A stretch of DNA of 21,115 nucleotides from an uncultured Mollicutes bacterium (GCA_946500425.1 CAMMVQ010000021.1:1-21115); one strand, 5' to 3'. Positions 1-8,152 are shown, counted from the first letter of the stretch. The notes: a model not told the origin generated them from the letters alone. Translations and numbers: made by a program.

Positions 1-1090
1 ACCAATACCAATATAATTAAACATAGCTTGCCCCTTACCATAACCAGCTCCAGTAACATAAAAAACGTTATAATAATAAGAGGTTCCAGTCCAATATGAT
101 GTAGATAAAGCCCACGGCTGAGCGTCTTCACATGAATATTCAGCTGATGGTCGTTCCCCAGCCATAGGATTTATAGAATTTTGAAGATTAGAATCAATTG
201 CAGAGCACCCTAAACTAATTAGCTCATTATATGTCATTAATCTTAAATCAGCACTTGTTTTTCCAAGTGTCGTCTTTAAGTAATTTTCATAGTTTTCTAC
301 ATGTTCATATAGTAAAGAATTACTATCATATACATCTGCTGGATAACTTGTTCCATATTGTGCTTTTGGTTTTAAGGCACTTTCAGCCCAATAATTGTCT
401 TGAGAAAATGCTATAGAACCATTTGAGTTCTTGCTTTGTAAATTACTATTTAAATCCAAGTTATACTTAGCAAATGCCGTTACTGTATCACCGTTATCTT
501 TTATAGTATAAAAGCATTCACTTTCTAAACAAAACTCTTCTCCAACTGTATATACTTTTTCTGGTTCTAACGTTGTAGTTGGCCTATTATTAGTATCTTG
601 CTCATACGTTATTGTTATCGTAAATGAAGCATTTGCACTCGTATTTGTTGATGTTTCATCCCATGTTACTTTTATCTTCATTTTCTTCTCTTGATTAGAA
701 CCTAACACTTCATCTTGGGATATTCCACTATACATTACTTTTATATCGGGATTATCTAATCCTTGAGTCTCTATTCCGGTTAGTACCGCGTTTAACTCTC
801 CTTCATTTTTTATCGTCACGTCAAACTCTGCATAACTTGTTGGATACTCCAAATGAGGTACACTTATTTCTAGTTCTTTTCCCTCTTTTACTATGTTTGC
901 AGTAGCATTACTACTTCCTTTTTCACTTATACCATTCATCTTACTAAAGATAATGTTAAAATCACTACTTCCCCGTTGAAGCTGTTCCACCTATGTTTAA
1001 ACTTTCACTAAACACTGCATATCCTACCATTAATGATAATACTAATGCTAATAGGCCTACTATTACTTTCTTTTGTCTTGTTAACTTCAT
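1..1090 (-). pseudogene. Secreted/cell-surface protein gene interrupted by a frameshift at a G4 run. The C-terminus lies beyond the window edge. The signal-peptide ORF is 965..1090 and the main frame is open 1..990.
   Basis: Own minus-strand translation. ATG at 1090 gives MKLTRQKKVIVGLLALVLSLMVGYAVFSESLNIGGTASTGK, with stop at 965-967. A second frame has no stop from 990 down to position 1 (..GSSDFNIIFSKMNGISEKGSSNATANIVKEGKELEISVPHLEYPTSYAEFDVTIKNEG..). Removing one G from GGGG (plus-strand CCCC 971-974) joins them as ..GTASTGSSDFN... The N-terminus (basic residues, hydrophobic core, GYAVFSES) resembles TasA/camelysin SipW-type signal peptides. The gene is missing from the supplied track because it runs off the edge. 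Confidence 0.55.
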
Positions 1091-1215
1091 CTATTATCAA
1101 CGCTCCTTATTATCTTTAGTCTTTCGTTTTAACATTATAATATGTATTTCAATATTTTTTAACGCACTTATATTACCCTGTGGAATACTATTATTTTTCA
1201 TCATTTTACATGTTG

Positions 1216-1242
1216 ATAATATCATATTACCCCCCCCGTCAA
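1216..1242 (-). promoter_or_regulatory. Candidate sigma-A promoter for the secreted-protein gene, with a G8 homopolymer inside the spacer
   Basis: The minus strand reads cTTGACGGGGGGGTAATATGATATTATcaaca. The -35 is TTGACG (1242..1237), followed by a 15-nt spacer made of G7 plus taatatga, then an extended -10 TGaTATTAT (1224..1216). It lies about 125 nt upstream of the ATG at 1090. Confidence 0.4.
1230..1237. repeat. C8/G8 homopolymer tract
   Basis: Plus strand reads ..atattaCCCCCCCCgtcaag... This is the longest G:C homopolymer I noticed in this very AT-rich window. Confidence 0.95.
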
Positions 1243-1289
1243 GTTTTTCGATTAACTGTGGAAAACAAATGTAAAATTTATTTTTCCCA

Positions 1290-1318
1290 TTGATATTTAT
1301 TTTATTTTTGGATATAAT
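1290..1318 (+). promoter_or_regulatory. Near-consensus sigma-A promoter
   Basis: TTGATA (1290-1295), a 17-nt spacer tttattttatttttgga, then TATAAT (1313-1318). No protein-coding ORF follows it. Confidence 0.6.
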
Positions 1319-1324
1319 TTAATT

Positions 1325-1413
1325 GTGTGAAGGCAACTACTAGTTGTTTTCCAAAAAATTTAGATACTTTGAAAAGCAGAGCTAGTTACAACAACTAACT
1401 CTGTTTTTCTTTT
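1325..1413 (+). ncRNA. Candidate small non-coding transcript of about 90 nt, defined by a promoter and an intrinsic terminator. Possible antisense or antitoxin RNA.
   Basis: It lies between the consensus promoter (1290-1318) and the terminator hairpin (1377-1403) with its T-run. It has no ATG-initiated ORF. Its 3' end overlaps the 3' end of the convergent 29-aa peptide ORF. Confidence 0.4.
1372..1413. terminator. Bidirectional rho-independent terminator
   Basis: gaaaag CAGAGCTAGTT acaac AACTAACTCTG TTTTTCTTTT. The stem is 11 bp with one mismatch (1377-1387 paired with 1393-1403). An A-run lies on the left and a T-run on the right. Confidence 0.6.
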
Positions 1414-1501
1414 AATAATTAGCAATAACCATTAAAGCTATTACTAGCACTAAAAGGATAATTATTTTGATGTTAAACTTTATTTCAAATCTAAATCTCA
1501 T
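1412..1501 (-). CDS. Small hydrophobic peptide of 29 aa, a candidate type I toxin-like membrane peptide
   Basis: Own translation gives MRFRFEIKFNIKIIILLVLVIALMVIANY. The start is ATG at 1501, preceded by gaagGGAtGGTGAtagtt. The stop TAA at 1412-1414 abuts the shared terminator. It is below the ORF-track size cutoff. Confidence 0.35.
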   Translation of the reverse strand: MRFRFEIKFNIKIIILLVLVIALMVIANY

Positions 1502-1679
1502 AACTATCACCATCCCTTCTTATTCAAAAGAAATGGAAAACAAAGCTAGTTTTAAAAGTTGCCCTCAGTTTAATTATTAGTTATATCTTTTTATGTCACT
1601 CGTAAAAAAAGAAAAAATAAAAATTTCTTTACTACCATCTCAAAGTTACACACGTAAAAAACCAAACATAATGCACAAT

Positions 1680-1704
1680 AAAAACACGACTAATTCGTGT
1701 TTTT
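1680..1704 (-). terminator. Weak intrinsic terminator overlapping the recG stop codon
   Basis: The minus strand reads aaaaACACGAattagTCGTGTtttt. The stem is 6 bp, extendable by A:T pairs, with a 5-nt loop containing the TAG stop. Confidence 0.35.
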
Positions 1705-3618
1705 ACAATATTCATTCACGTCATCTCTTACTTTTAATATTAAGTCATAATCTTTTTTTATGTCAGATAACTTAAATGATAGTTCGCCACTTTGCCTAAC
1801 CCCAAAAATATCTCCTTGACCACGAAGTTTAAAATCAGCTTCACTTATTTTGTAGCCATCATTAGTCTCTTCCATTATCTTTAATCTTTGAACATCTTTA
1901 TCACTTATAAGATAGCAATAAGATTGTAAGTCATTTCTTCCCACCCTTCCTCTTAGCTGGTGTAAGGTAGAAAGTCCAAACCTATCAGCATCAAAAATAA
2001 CCATTATGGTAGAGTTTTTAACATCTACACCAACCTCAACCACCGTGGTAGATATTAAAATATTTATTTTATTTTCCAGGTACTCTTGCATAACTTTATC
2101 TTTTTCTTCGTTAGAAAGCTTCCCATGTAATATTCCCACCTTATAGTTCTTAAAAGCCAAATCAAACTTACGTTTTAAATCATTTACGTTGGTATAGTCT
2201 TCTTCATTTTCATCAATCATAGGTGCAATTACGTACGCTTGATTACCATTTTTTAAAGCTTCATAAATAGCACTTAAAACGTCTTTTAACTGTTCTGTTT
2301 TCTTTACATAAGTAATAACCTTCTTTCTTCCCTTTGGCATGGTTTTAATGCTTGAAACGTCCATGTCTCCATAAAGCGTTAGCGCGTAAGTTCTAGGAAT
2401 TGGCGTTGCACTCATCAAAAGAACGTCCGGACTTTTTGCCTTATCTTTTAAAGCAAGCCTTTGTGAAACTCCAAAACGATGCTGCTCATCAGTTATTACT
2501 AATCCTAAATTATTCCAAAGTACGTTTTTGCTAATTAAAGCATGGGTTCCAATTAAAAAATCAATTTGACCACTTTCTAATTTTTCATAAACCTTTTTCT
2601 TTTCTTTAGTACTCATTTTACCTGTCAATATTCCAACTCTAAAGTCTGTGCGAGAAAATAGTTTAATGGCGTTTTGATAATGTTGAAACGCAAGTATCTC
2701 GGTAGGCGCCATTAAAGCTGATTGAAATCCAGCAGTAAAAGCAGCGTAAGCAACTATAAAAGCCACGATTGTTTTTCCGGAACCCACGTCTCCTTGAAGA
2801 AGCCTATTCATTCTTACGTCAGACCTTAAATCGTCTAACATGTCATTAATAACCTTTTTTTGGTCAGAAGTAAGTTCAAAAGGAAGTGAACGTATTAATT
2901 CTTCAACTTTTTTCTCATCAAAATCTTTTACGTAAGATAAGTCATGTTTTTTATTCTTGGTTTTTAGCTCCTTTACCTTTTTCATGTAACCATAAATTTC
3001 TTCGTACTTTAGCGTTTTTAAGGCGGTTTTTAGCACTTTTACATTATCTGGAAAGTGAATTATTCTTACGGCTCTATCCTCATCAATAAAACCGTATTTA
3101 ACTTTTAATTCTTCTGGAATTAAATTCTCTTTTTTATAACTTACTAAAGCATTTTTTATAAATAAATTCATTTGTTTAGAAGTTATGTGCTTAGACGAAT
3201 GATAAACCGGAATTATTTGCGGTTTATCGGGAAGACTAGATAACAAGATGTCGCTAGCAACAAGGGTTTGTGTTTTTGGGTTATACTTTCCAATTACGGT
3301 TACTTCTTTGCCAGGATAAACATTATTTTTCATAAAAGCCCGGTTAAATATAATCACCTTAATCAAATGGTTTTGAGCGATAAACGAAAAAGACAAACGG
3401 TTCATGTTTCTTTTAAAAAAACTGATTACTGGGCTTGTTTGAACAACACCATCAATCACCATGTCATCATAAAACCTTTCATCATTAATGTTCTTCCTTG
3501 AAAGTATCTCAAAACGATACGGATAATTTCTAACAAGGTCATCTACCGACAAAATTCCCATCTCCTTTAGATGTTCCAAACTCTTGTCTCCAATTAATTT
3601 TACGTCACTTAGTTCCAT
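1690..3618 (-). CDS. recG: ATP-dependent DNA helicase RecG
   Basis: The protein has Walker A GDVGSGKT, a DEQHRFGV (DEAH-type) box, a QLRGRVGR motif and an N-terminal wedge/OB region. The track ORF starts at 3675. I prefer the ATG at 3618 (MELSDVK), which sits 7 nt after AAGGAAG. Confidence 0.93.
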   Translation of the reverse strand: MELSDVKLIGDKSLEHLKEMGILSVDDLVRNYPYRFEILSRKNINDERFYDDMVIDGVVQTSPVISFFKRNMNRLSFSFIAQNHLIKVIIFNRAFMKNNVYPGKEVTVIGKYNPKTQTLVASDILLSSLPDKPQIIPVYHSSKHITSKQMNLFIKNALVSYKKENLIPEELKVKYGFIDEDRAVRIIHFPDNVKVLKTALKTLKYEEIYGYMKKVKELKTKNKKHDLSYVKDFDEKKVEELIRSLPFELTSDQKKVINDMLDDLRSDVRMNRLLQGDVGSGKTIVAFIVAYAAFTAGFQSALMAPTEILAFQHYQNAIKLFSRTDFRVGILTGKMSTKEKKKVYEKLESGQIDFLIGTHALISKNVLWNNLGLVITDEQHRFGVSQRLALKDKAKSPDVLLMSATPIPRTYALTLYGDMDVSSIKTMPKGRKKVITYVKKTEQLKDVLSAIYEALKNGNQAYVIAPMIDENEEDYTNVNDLKRKFDLAFKNYKVGILHGKLSNEEKDKVMQEYLENKINILISTTVVEVGVDVKNSTIMVIFDADRFGLSTLHQLRGRVGRNDLQSYCYLISDKDVQRLKIMEETNDGYKISEADFKLRGQGDIFGVRQSGELSFKLSDIKKDYDLILKVRDDVNEYCKNTN

Positions 3619-3721
3619 TAACATTCTTCCTTTACTATCAAGATTATAACAAACAATTGTTTGCAAATCAACCAATCAAGTTTTTTAAATGAAATTTTTT
3701 TAAAAAATATTAAAAAAAGAG

Positions 3722-3750
3722 TTGACTTTTAGCCTCTTTTCGATTAGTAT
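3722..3750 (+). promoter_or_regulatory. Candidate sigma-A promoter
   Basis: TTGACT (3722-3727), a 17-nt spacer, then TAGTAT (3745-3750). It is preceded by an A/T-tract resembling an UP element (3681-3720). The -10 matches consensus at only 4 of 6 positions. Confidence 0.35.
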
Positions 3751-3756
3751 AAATGT

Positions 3757-3856
3757 CACCAGCAGGAAGAATACTGCTGGTGCTAGTATCACAACTAGCC
3801 AACCCCTTTTTATTCTTTTTGAGATTGCATGGGAAACCGTGCAATCTTATTTTTTT
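3757..3856 (+). ncRNA. Candidate structured small RNA or leader of about 100 nt with three hairpins, the last an intrinsic terminator
   Basis: Hairpin 1 is CACCAGCAG gaagaata CTGCTGGTG (3757-3782). Hairpin 2 is GCTAGT atcaca ACTAGC (3782-3799). Hairpin 3 is the terminator. I could not match it to any known RNA family by eye. Confidence 0.35.
3821..3856 (+). terminator. Strong rho-independent terminator
   Basis: GAGATTGCATGG GAAA CCGTGCAATCTT, a stem of about 12-13 bp with a GNRA tetraloop, followed by aTTTTTTT (3850-3856). The minus-strand reading has no T-run. Confidence 0.7.
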
Positions 3857-3857
3857 G

Positions 3858-3887
3858 GAATTTTTTTACTATTTATGGTTAATACTA
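3858..3887 (+). promoter_or_regulatory. Possible forespore (sigma-G/F type) promoter for the ger operon
   Basis: GAATT (3858-3862), an 18-nt spacer, then AATACTA (3881-3887). The sigma-G consensus as I recall it is GHATR-17/18-CATnHTA. The match is partial and the context is AT-rich. Confidence 0.2.
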
Positions 3888-3906
3888 TTTTAAAAAGAGG
3901 GATAAT

Positions 3907-5346
3907 ATGACAAGTTCTAACAAACGAGAAAAAATTGTAAATACACTTAAAGAAAAAACTAATAACGCACCTGATATTAAGTATAAAGATTTTATAATAA
4001 ATAAACAAAACGTAACTTTTATATACTCGATGAGTGTGAGCAGTTCAACTAGTATAAATGATTTTATCCTAAGACGACTAGATGAGGAAAAAGGAAAAAT
4101 AAAAGATGAAAACATATACGAGTACATCAAAAATTTCATTCCTAACAATAACATTATTCCCTTTGATAAAAAAGAAGACATCTCTTATTACGTTATGAGT
4201 GGTTTTACCGTAGCAGTATTTGATGACGGAAGACTTTTGGCGTTTGAAAACCGTGCTAGTATTTATGGTTCGATTAGCAAAAGTGAAAACGAGCGAGGGC
4301 TTAAAGGACCTAGTGACGCATTTTCAGAAAACTATCAATTTAACATGGGAATGATAAGAAGAAGGGTAAAAACCGAGGACTTATGGATTGATGAAAAAAC
4401 CATTGGAACAAAAAGTAAAACCAAGGTTGCAATGTTTTATATAAAAGGTTTAACCAGTGAAGAAACAATAAGAAACATAAATGAAAAGTTAGACAAAATA
4501 AACATAGATTACGTGGGTAATACCAATTATATTTTAGAAGCAATGAGTAATACTAATAGATTCATCCTTCCTACTAACTTATCTACGGAAAGGCCGGATT
4601 TCGCGGCCCAGATGTTAATGCAAGGAAGAATTGTTTTAATCGTTGAAAACTCTAACGAAGCAATCATATTACCTTGTCTTTTCTTAGATTTCTTTAAGAA
4701 TCCAGAAGATTATTACGAAAAGGGACTTAACGTTATAATAAGTAGAACCGTAAGGTTTGTTGCGTTTTTTCTTACCGTATTTACCCCGGCCTTATACATA
4801 TCACTTATGGCTTTTAACTGGGAATCACTGCCAAGTGGACTTTTGATTAGTTTTTCCGTTCAAAGAGAAGGAGTTCCGTTTTCTTCAATCTTTGAAATTT
4901 TAGTAATGAGTTTGATGTTTCAAATTTTAAGGGAAAGTGACCTTAGGTTTCCTGGTAAAGGAGGTAGCTCAATTTCAATCGTTGGGGCTTTAGTATTAGG
5001 TCAAGCGGCCGTTGAAGCCGGTGTTGTCTCTCCAATTACGATAATAATAGTTGGTATAGCTTCAGTTTCATCACTTGCCTTTAGTTCGATTGACCTCATT
5101 AATGCGTGCCGGTGGTGGCAATTATTTTTAATAATAATGGCATGGATGTTTGGTTTTGTCGGAGTACTATTCGGAAGCTTAATAATACTAGCCACCCTAG
5201 TTAGCCAGTCTTCTTGTGGAGTTCCTTACTTTTCACCATTTGAACCATTTAGTTTAAAAGAACAACCAAACGTAATAATTCCAACCAAAAAAGAAAAATT
5301 TCATCCTAAAAATATTTTTAAAAAAGATGGGAGGAAAGAAAAATGA
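3907..5346 (+). CDS. Spore germination protein, GerA-family A subunit
   Basis: 479 aa. Family-typical stretch ERPDFAAQMLMQGRIVLIVENSNEAIILPCLFLDFFKNPEDYYEK, followed by C-terminal transmembrane segments. RBS AAGAGGG lies upstream. Confidence 0.9.
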   Translation: MTSSNKREKIVNTLKEKTNNAPDIKYKDFIINKQNVTFIYSMSVSSSTSINDFILRRLDEEKGKIKDENIYEYIKNFIPNNNIIPFDKKEDISYYVMSGFTVAVFDDGRLLAFENRASIYGSISKSENERGLKGPSDAFSENYQFNMGMIRRRVKTEDLWIDEKTIGTKSKTKVAMFYIKGLTSEETIRNINEKLDKINIDYVGNTNYILEAMSNTNRFILPTNLSTERPDFAAQMLMQGRIVLIVENSNEAIILPCLFLDFFKNPEDYYEKGLNVIISRTVRFVAFFLTVFTPALYISLMAFNWESLPSGLLISFSVQREGVPFSSIFEILVMSLMFQILRESDLRFPGKGGSSISIVGALVLGQAAVEAGVVSPITIIIVGIASVSSLAFSSIDLINACRWWQLFLIIMAWMFGFVGVLFGSLIILATLVSQSSCGVPYFSPFEPFSLKEQPNVIIPTKKEKFHPKNIFKKDGRKEK

Positions 5347-6548
5347 AACTAATCAAAATTTTAGTATTATTGCTAACCCTTATTAGTCTAACTGGTTGTT
5401 ATAACTATAAAGAGTTAAATGATTCAGCCATAGTATCTGCCATGTCCATAGATTTAGATGAAGATAATCCAGAAAAATATAAAGTTGGGGTTCAAATTAT
5501 GAACGCTAAGAAAAAAGAAAATAATAACGTTAGTGAAATAGCTTTTTTTGAAGCTTCTGGATTGTCAATTTATGACGCTTTAGGTTCAATTGTTCTTTCC
5601 TCCCCCAAACAACTATATCTAGGGCACATGGAAGTGGTAGTTCTTGGAGAAAAAATTTTAAAGCAAAAAAGTCCGCTTGACTTTTTAGACTTTTTCATGA
5701 GGGATTCAAGTGCGGAGAAAGATGCTGTTGTGGTTGTTTCAAGAGAAAAAAACGCAAGTGACATATTAAAAATATTAACCCCACTTGAAACAATAACATC
5801 TCAAAACCTAAAAGCAAGTTTATTTAACTCAGCAGATTTTAGTGGGACAACTAACATCGTAACGTTAGATGAATTAATCTCACATTTAATGGATGACAGC
5901 AAAGAAGCCATCTTACCGTCGGTTGAACTTACCGGGAAAGTAAATAAAGGGGAAAACATTGACAATTTATCAGACAGTGACCCGGATGTAAGAATAAGGT
6001 TTAGCAATCTTGCATTGCTAAAAGATGATAAATTAATTGGTTACTTAAGCAACAACGAAAGCTTTGGTTATAACGTAATTACCGCGGAAGCAGGAAATAC
6101 TTACATAAAATTTAAGTGCGACAACGAAAATTATGCTACTTTAGAACTTGTTTCTTTAAAAACTAACGAAGAAATATCATTTAAAAATAAAAAACCATTT
6201 GTAAACATTAACAACGAAACCAAAACAAACATAGTTGAATATAACTGTGATTTAGACCTCATAAAAGACGATAAGATAATTGATGAAATACAAAAGAAGG
6301 CAGAAAAAAGAATTGAATACTTAATGAATGATTTTTTGGATAAAGCATACGAAGAATACAAAACTGACGTACTACATTACGGCTCTACTTTTTATAAGGA
6401 AAAAAGAAACGAAATGAAAAAGTATGGTTACACAACAAAAAGTATCAAGGACGACATAAAGTTTAAAGTCACTTCAAAAGTTAAAGTAGACGCGGCAGGA
6501 TTAACCGTTAAATCAATTAATAACAAGGAGGATAAACGTGAAAGATAA
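5343..6548 (+). CDS. Spore germination lipoprotein, Ger(x)C-family C subunit
   Basis: 401 aa. Lipobox LISLTGC followed by YNYKELNDSAIVSAMSID, typical of GerAC-type proteins. An ATGA overlap with the A subunit suggests translational coupling. Confidence 0.85.
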   Translation: MKLIKILVLLLTLISLTGCYNYKELNDSAIVSAMSIDLDEDNPEKYKVGVQIMNAKKKENNNVSEIAFFEASGLSIYDALGSIVLSSPKQLYLGHMEVVVLGEKILKQKSPLDFLDFFMRDSSAEKDAVVVVSREKNASDILKILTPLETITSQNLKASLFNSADFSGTTNIVTLDELISHLMDDSKEAILPSVELTGKVNKGENIDNLSDSDPDVRIRFSNLALLKDDKLIGYLSNNESFGYNVITAEAGNTYIKFKCDNENYATLELVSLKTNEEISFKNKKPFVNINNETKTNIVEYNCDLDLIKDDKIIDEIQKKAEKRIEYLMNDFLDKAYEEYKTDVLHYGSTFYKEKRNEMKKYGYTTKSIKDDIKFKVTSKVKVDAAGLTVKSINNKEDKRER

Positions 6549-7629
6549 AGTTTCAAGCATTCAGGTTGCCATGCTTTTTGCGCTCGTGGTAAGTAGCATG
6601 TACCTTGGTCTTGGTGATATTATTCTTCTTGACATATCAAAAAATGACGCCTTAATATCCATGATAATTGGTATTATATTGGGATTAGTACCATTACTAA
6701 TGTATTTAAAAATAAACGATTGTTTTCCTGAATTAAACATATATAAAAAAAATAAAAAATTATTCGGAAACTTAGTTGGAAAATTATTAAACTTCTTATT
6801 TGTAATATTGTCCTTTATAATGATTGTCATTGCTTTTAGGTCCTTAATAACCTTTATAAATAGCAAATACCTAAGCGATACTCCTTACTATTTAATTGGA
6901 TTATTAGTCTTAGTAACATCAATTATATTATCAACTGGAAAATTAGAAAAACTAACTAGGGTAACACAAATAATATTTATAATAGCATTTATCTTAATTA
7001 TTTGTGTGGAACTATTTCTATCTGGTTACATAGAAATAGATAACTTGCTTCCTATCCTTACAACGAGTAAAGGAAATATATTATATGGAGCATTATACTA
7101 TGCTTCACTTACTTCTCTTACCTCTTTTTTCTTTTTGTCAATAAATAAATCAAAGATAAAAGATCATGAAAAATTTTCTAAAAACATGATAATATTTTAC
7201 TTAATAGCAACCGTATCATTAACTATCGTTATGTTTTACATAATAAGCTGTTTCGGATATGAATTAGCTTCAATATTTGAATATCCAGAGTACGTGATAC
7301 TTAAAAAAATAATTATCTCAAACTCGGATTTTCACATTGAAAACATTTTGTCCTTCAGGTGGATTTTCTACATTATTTCTCTTTCTAACATAGGTATATA
7401 CTCAATTAAAAAATGGTTAGAAGAAAGTAAGTTTACTAATAAAACGCAAATCACAATAGTAATTATAATATCATTGCTAGCTCTTTTCTTATCAAAAAAC
7501 ATATTTCCAAACGACCCAAACTCAATTATAGTATTTAAAAATTATTATTTAATCATTGTTGCGGTACCTATATTTATTATTCTATTAATTATCTATATAA
7601 GAAGCTTATTCATAACAAAAAGAACCTGA
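6538..7629 (+). CDS. Spore germination protein, GerAB-type (APC permease-like) B subunit
   Basis: 363 aa polytopic membrane protein with about 10 hydrophobic segments and an N-terminal KVSSIQVAMLFALVV motif. GTG start at 6538 follows AAGGAGG. Confidence 0.85.
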   Translation: MKDKVSSIQVAMLFALVVSSMYLGLGDIILLDISKNDALISMIIGIILGLVPLLMYLKINDCFPELNIYKKNKKLFGNLVGKLLNFLFVILSFIMIVIAFRSLITFINSKYLSDTPYYLIGLLVLVTSIILSTGKLEKLTRVTQIIFIIAFILIICVELFLSGYIEIDNLLPILTTSKGNILYGALYYASLTSLTSFFFLSINKSKIKDHEKFSKNMIIFYLIATVSLTIVMFYIISCFGYELASIFEYPEYVILKKIIISNSDFHIENILSFRWIFYIISLSNIGIYSIKKWLEESKFTNKTQITIVIIISLLALFLSKNIFPNDPNSIIVFKNYYLIIVAVPIFIILLIIYIRSLFITKRT

Positions 7630-7643
7630 CAAAGGTTCTTTTT
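7617..7643. terminator. Bidirectional terminator between convergent genes
   Basis: aaaAGAACCT gacaa AGGTTCTtttt. The stem (7621-7627 paired with 7633-7639) is flanked by an A-run and a T-run. It overlaps the stop codons of both the ger B-subunit gene and the SOD gene. Confidence 0.6.
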
Positions 7644-8088
7644 ACATGTTATACTTTTGTACTTTTCCGCACCCTATTTTCCTTCCAAAGCTACTTGCAT
7701 TTTCATTAGTTACTGGCTCGTGTATTATAACTAATTTGTTTTCAATTTCATACGCTTTAAACCTAGTAGTATAAAACTTCATGTAAGCATATCCGTTATT
7801 AGAAAATAAAACTGGCATATCTCCTGCGTGATAAGGATGATTTTCCCCGGTTGGATTATAGTGGCCCAAAACGTTATCAAAGGTGCCAGTCTTTGATATA
7901 TCACAATTCTGGCCGTCATGGACATGGATTGGAAAAAGTTGATAATTCTTATATCCTGGAAGACCAGATACTTCTACTTCAACCATGGTTCCGTCTTTAA
8001 AGGGTTTAAAATAAGCTATTCCCTTTAAATTTGGAGATGATATATCACCAGTTATGTTAGCAACCCAATAAGCGTTATTATCATTCAT
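7642..8088 (-). CDS. sodC: Cu/Zn superoxide dismutase family protein with no signal peptide
   Basis: 148 aa. All classical ligand positions are visible: HVH, GHYNP (bridging His), HPYHAGD and IIHE. The N-terminus MNDNNAYWVANITGD is not hydrophobic. Confidence 0.85.
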   Translation of the reverse strand: MNDNNAYWVANITGDISSPNLKGIAYFKPFKDGTMVEVEVSGLPGYKNYQLFPIHVHDGQNCDISKTGTFDNVLGHYNPTGENHPYHAGDMPVLFSNNGYAYMKFYTTRFKAYEIENKLVIIHEPVTNENASSFGRKIGCGKVQKYNM

Positions 8089-8152
8089 AACATTATCACC
8101 TGTTTAATTATATGATTTTATTAAAATATAATTTCAAATTTATAAACATTTA

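Noticed and set aside
1593-1775. A 60-aa plus-strand ORF spans the recG 3' end and terminator.
   Set aside because: It overlaps the recG stop and terminator hairpin, has no RBS, and its sequence is compositionally trivial. The interval is better explained as the recG 3' end plus the upstream region of the small peptide gene.
3619-3675. The track gives longer N-terminal extensions for recG (start 3675) and for the hypothetical protein at 11111..11653.
   Set aside because: Downstream ATGs (3618 and 11608) have properly spaced Shine-Dalgarno sequences. The extensions lack an RBS and add non-conserved-looking residues.
3722-3910. A 62-aa plus-strand ORF lies in the recG-ger intergenic region.
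   Set aside because: It starts inside the -35 box, runs through three hairpins and a T7 terminator, and has no RBS. The structural-RNA interpretation fits better.
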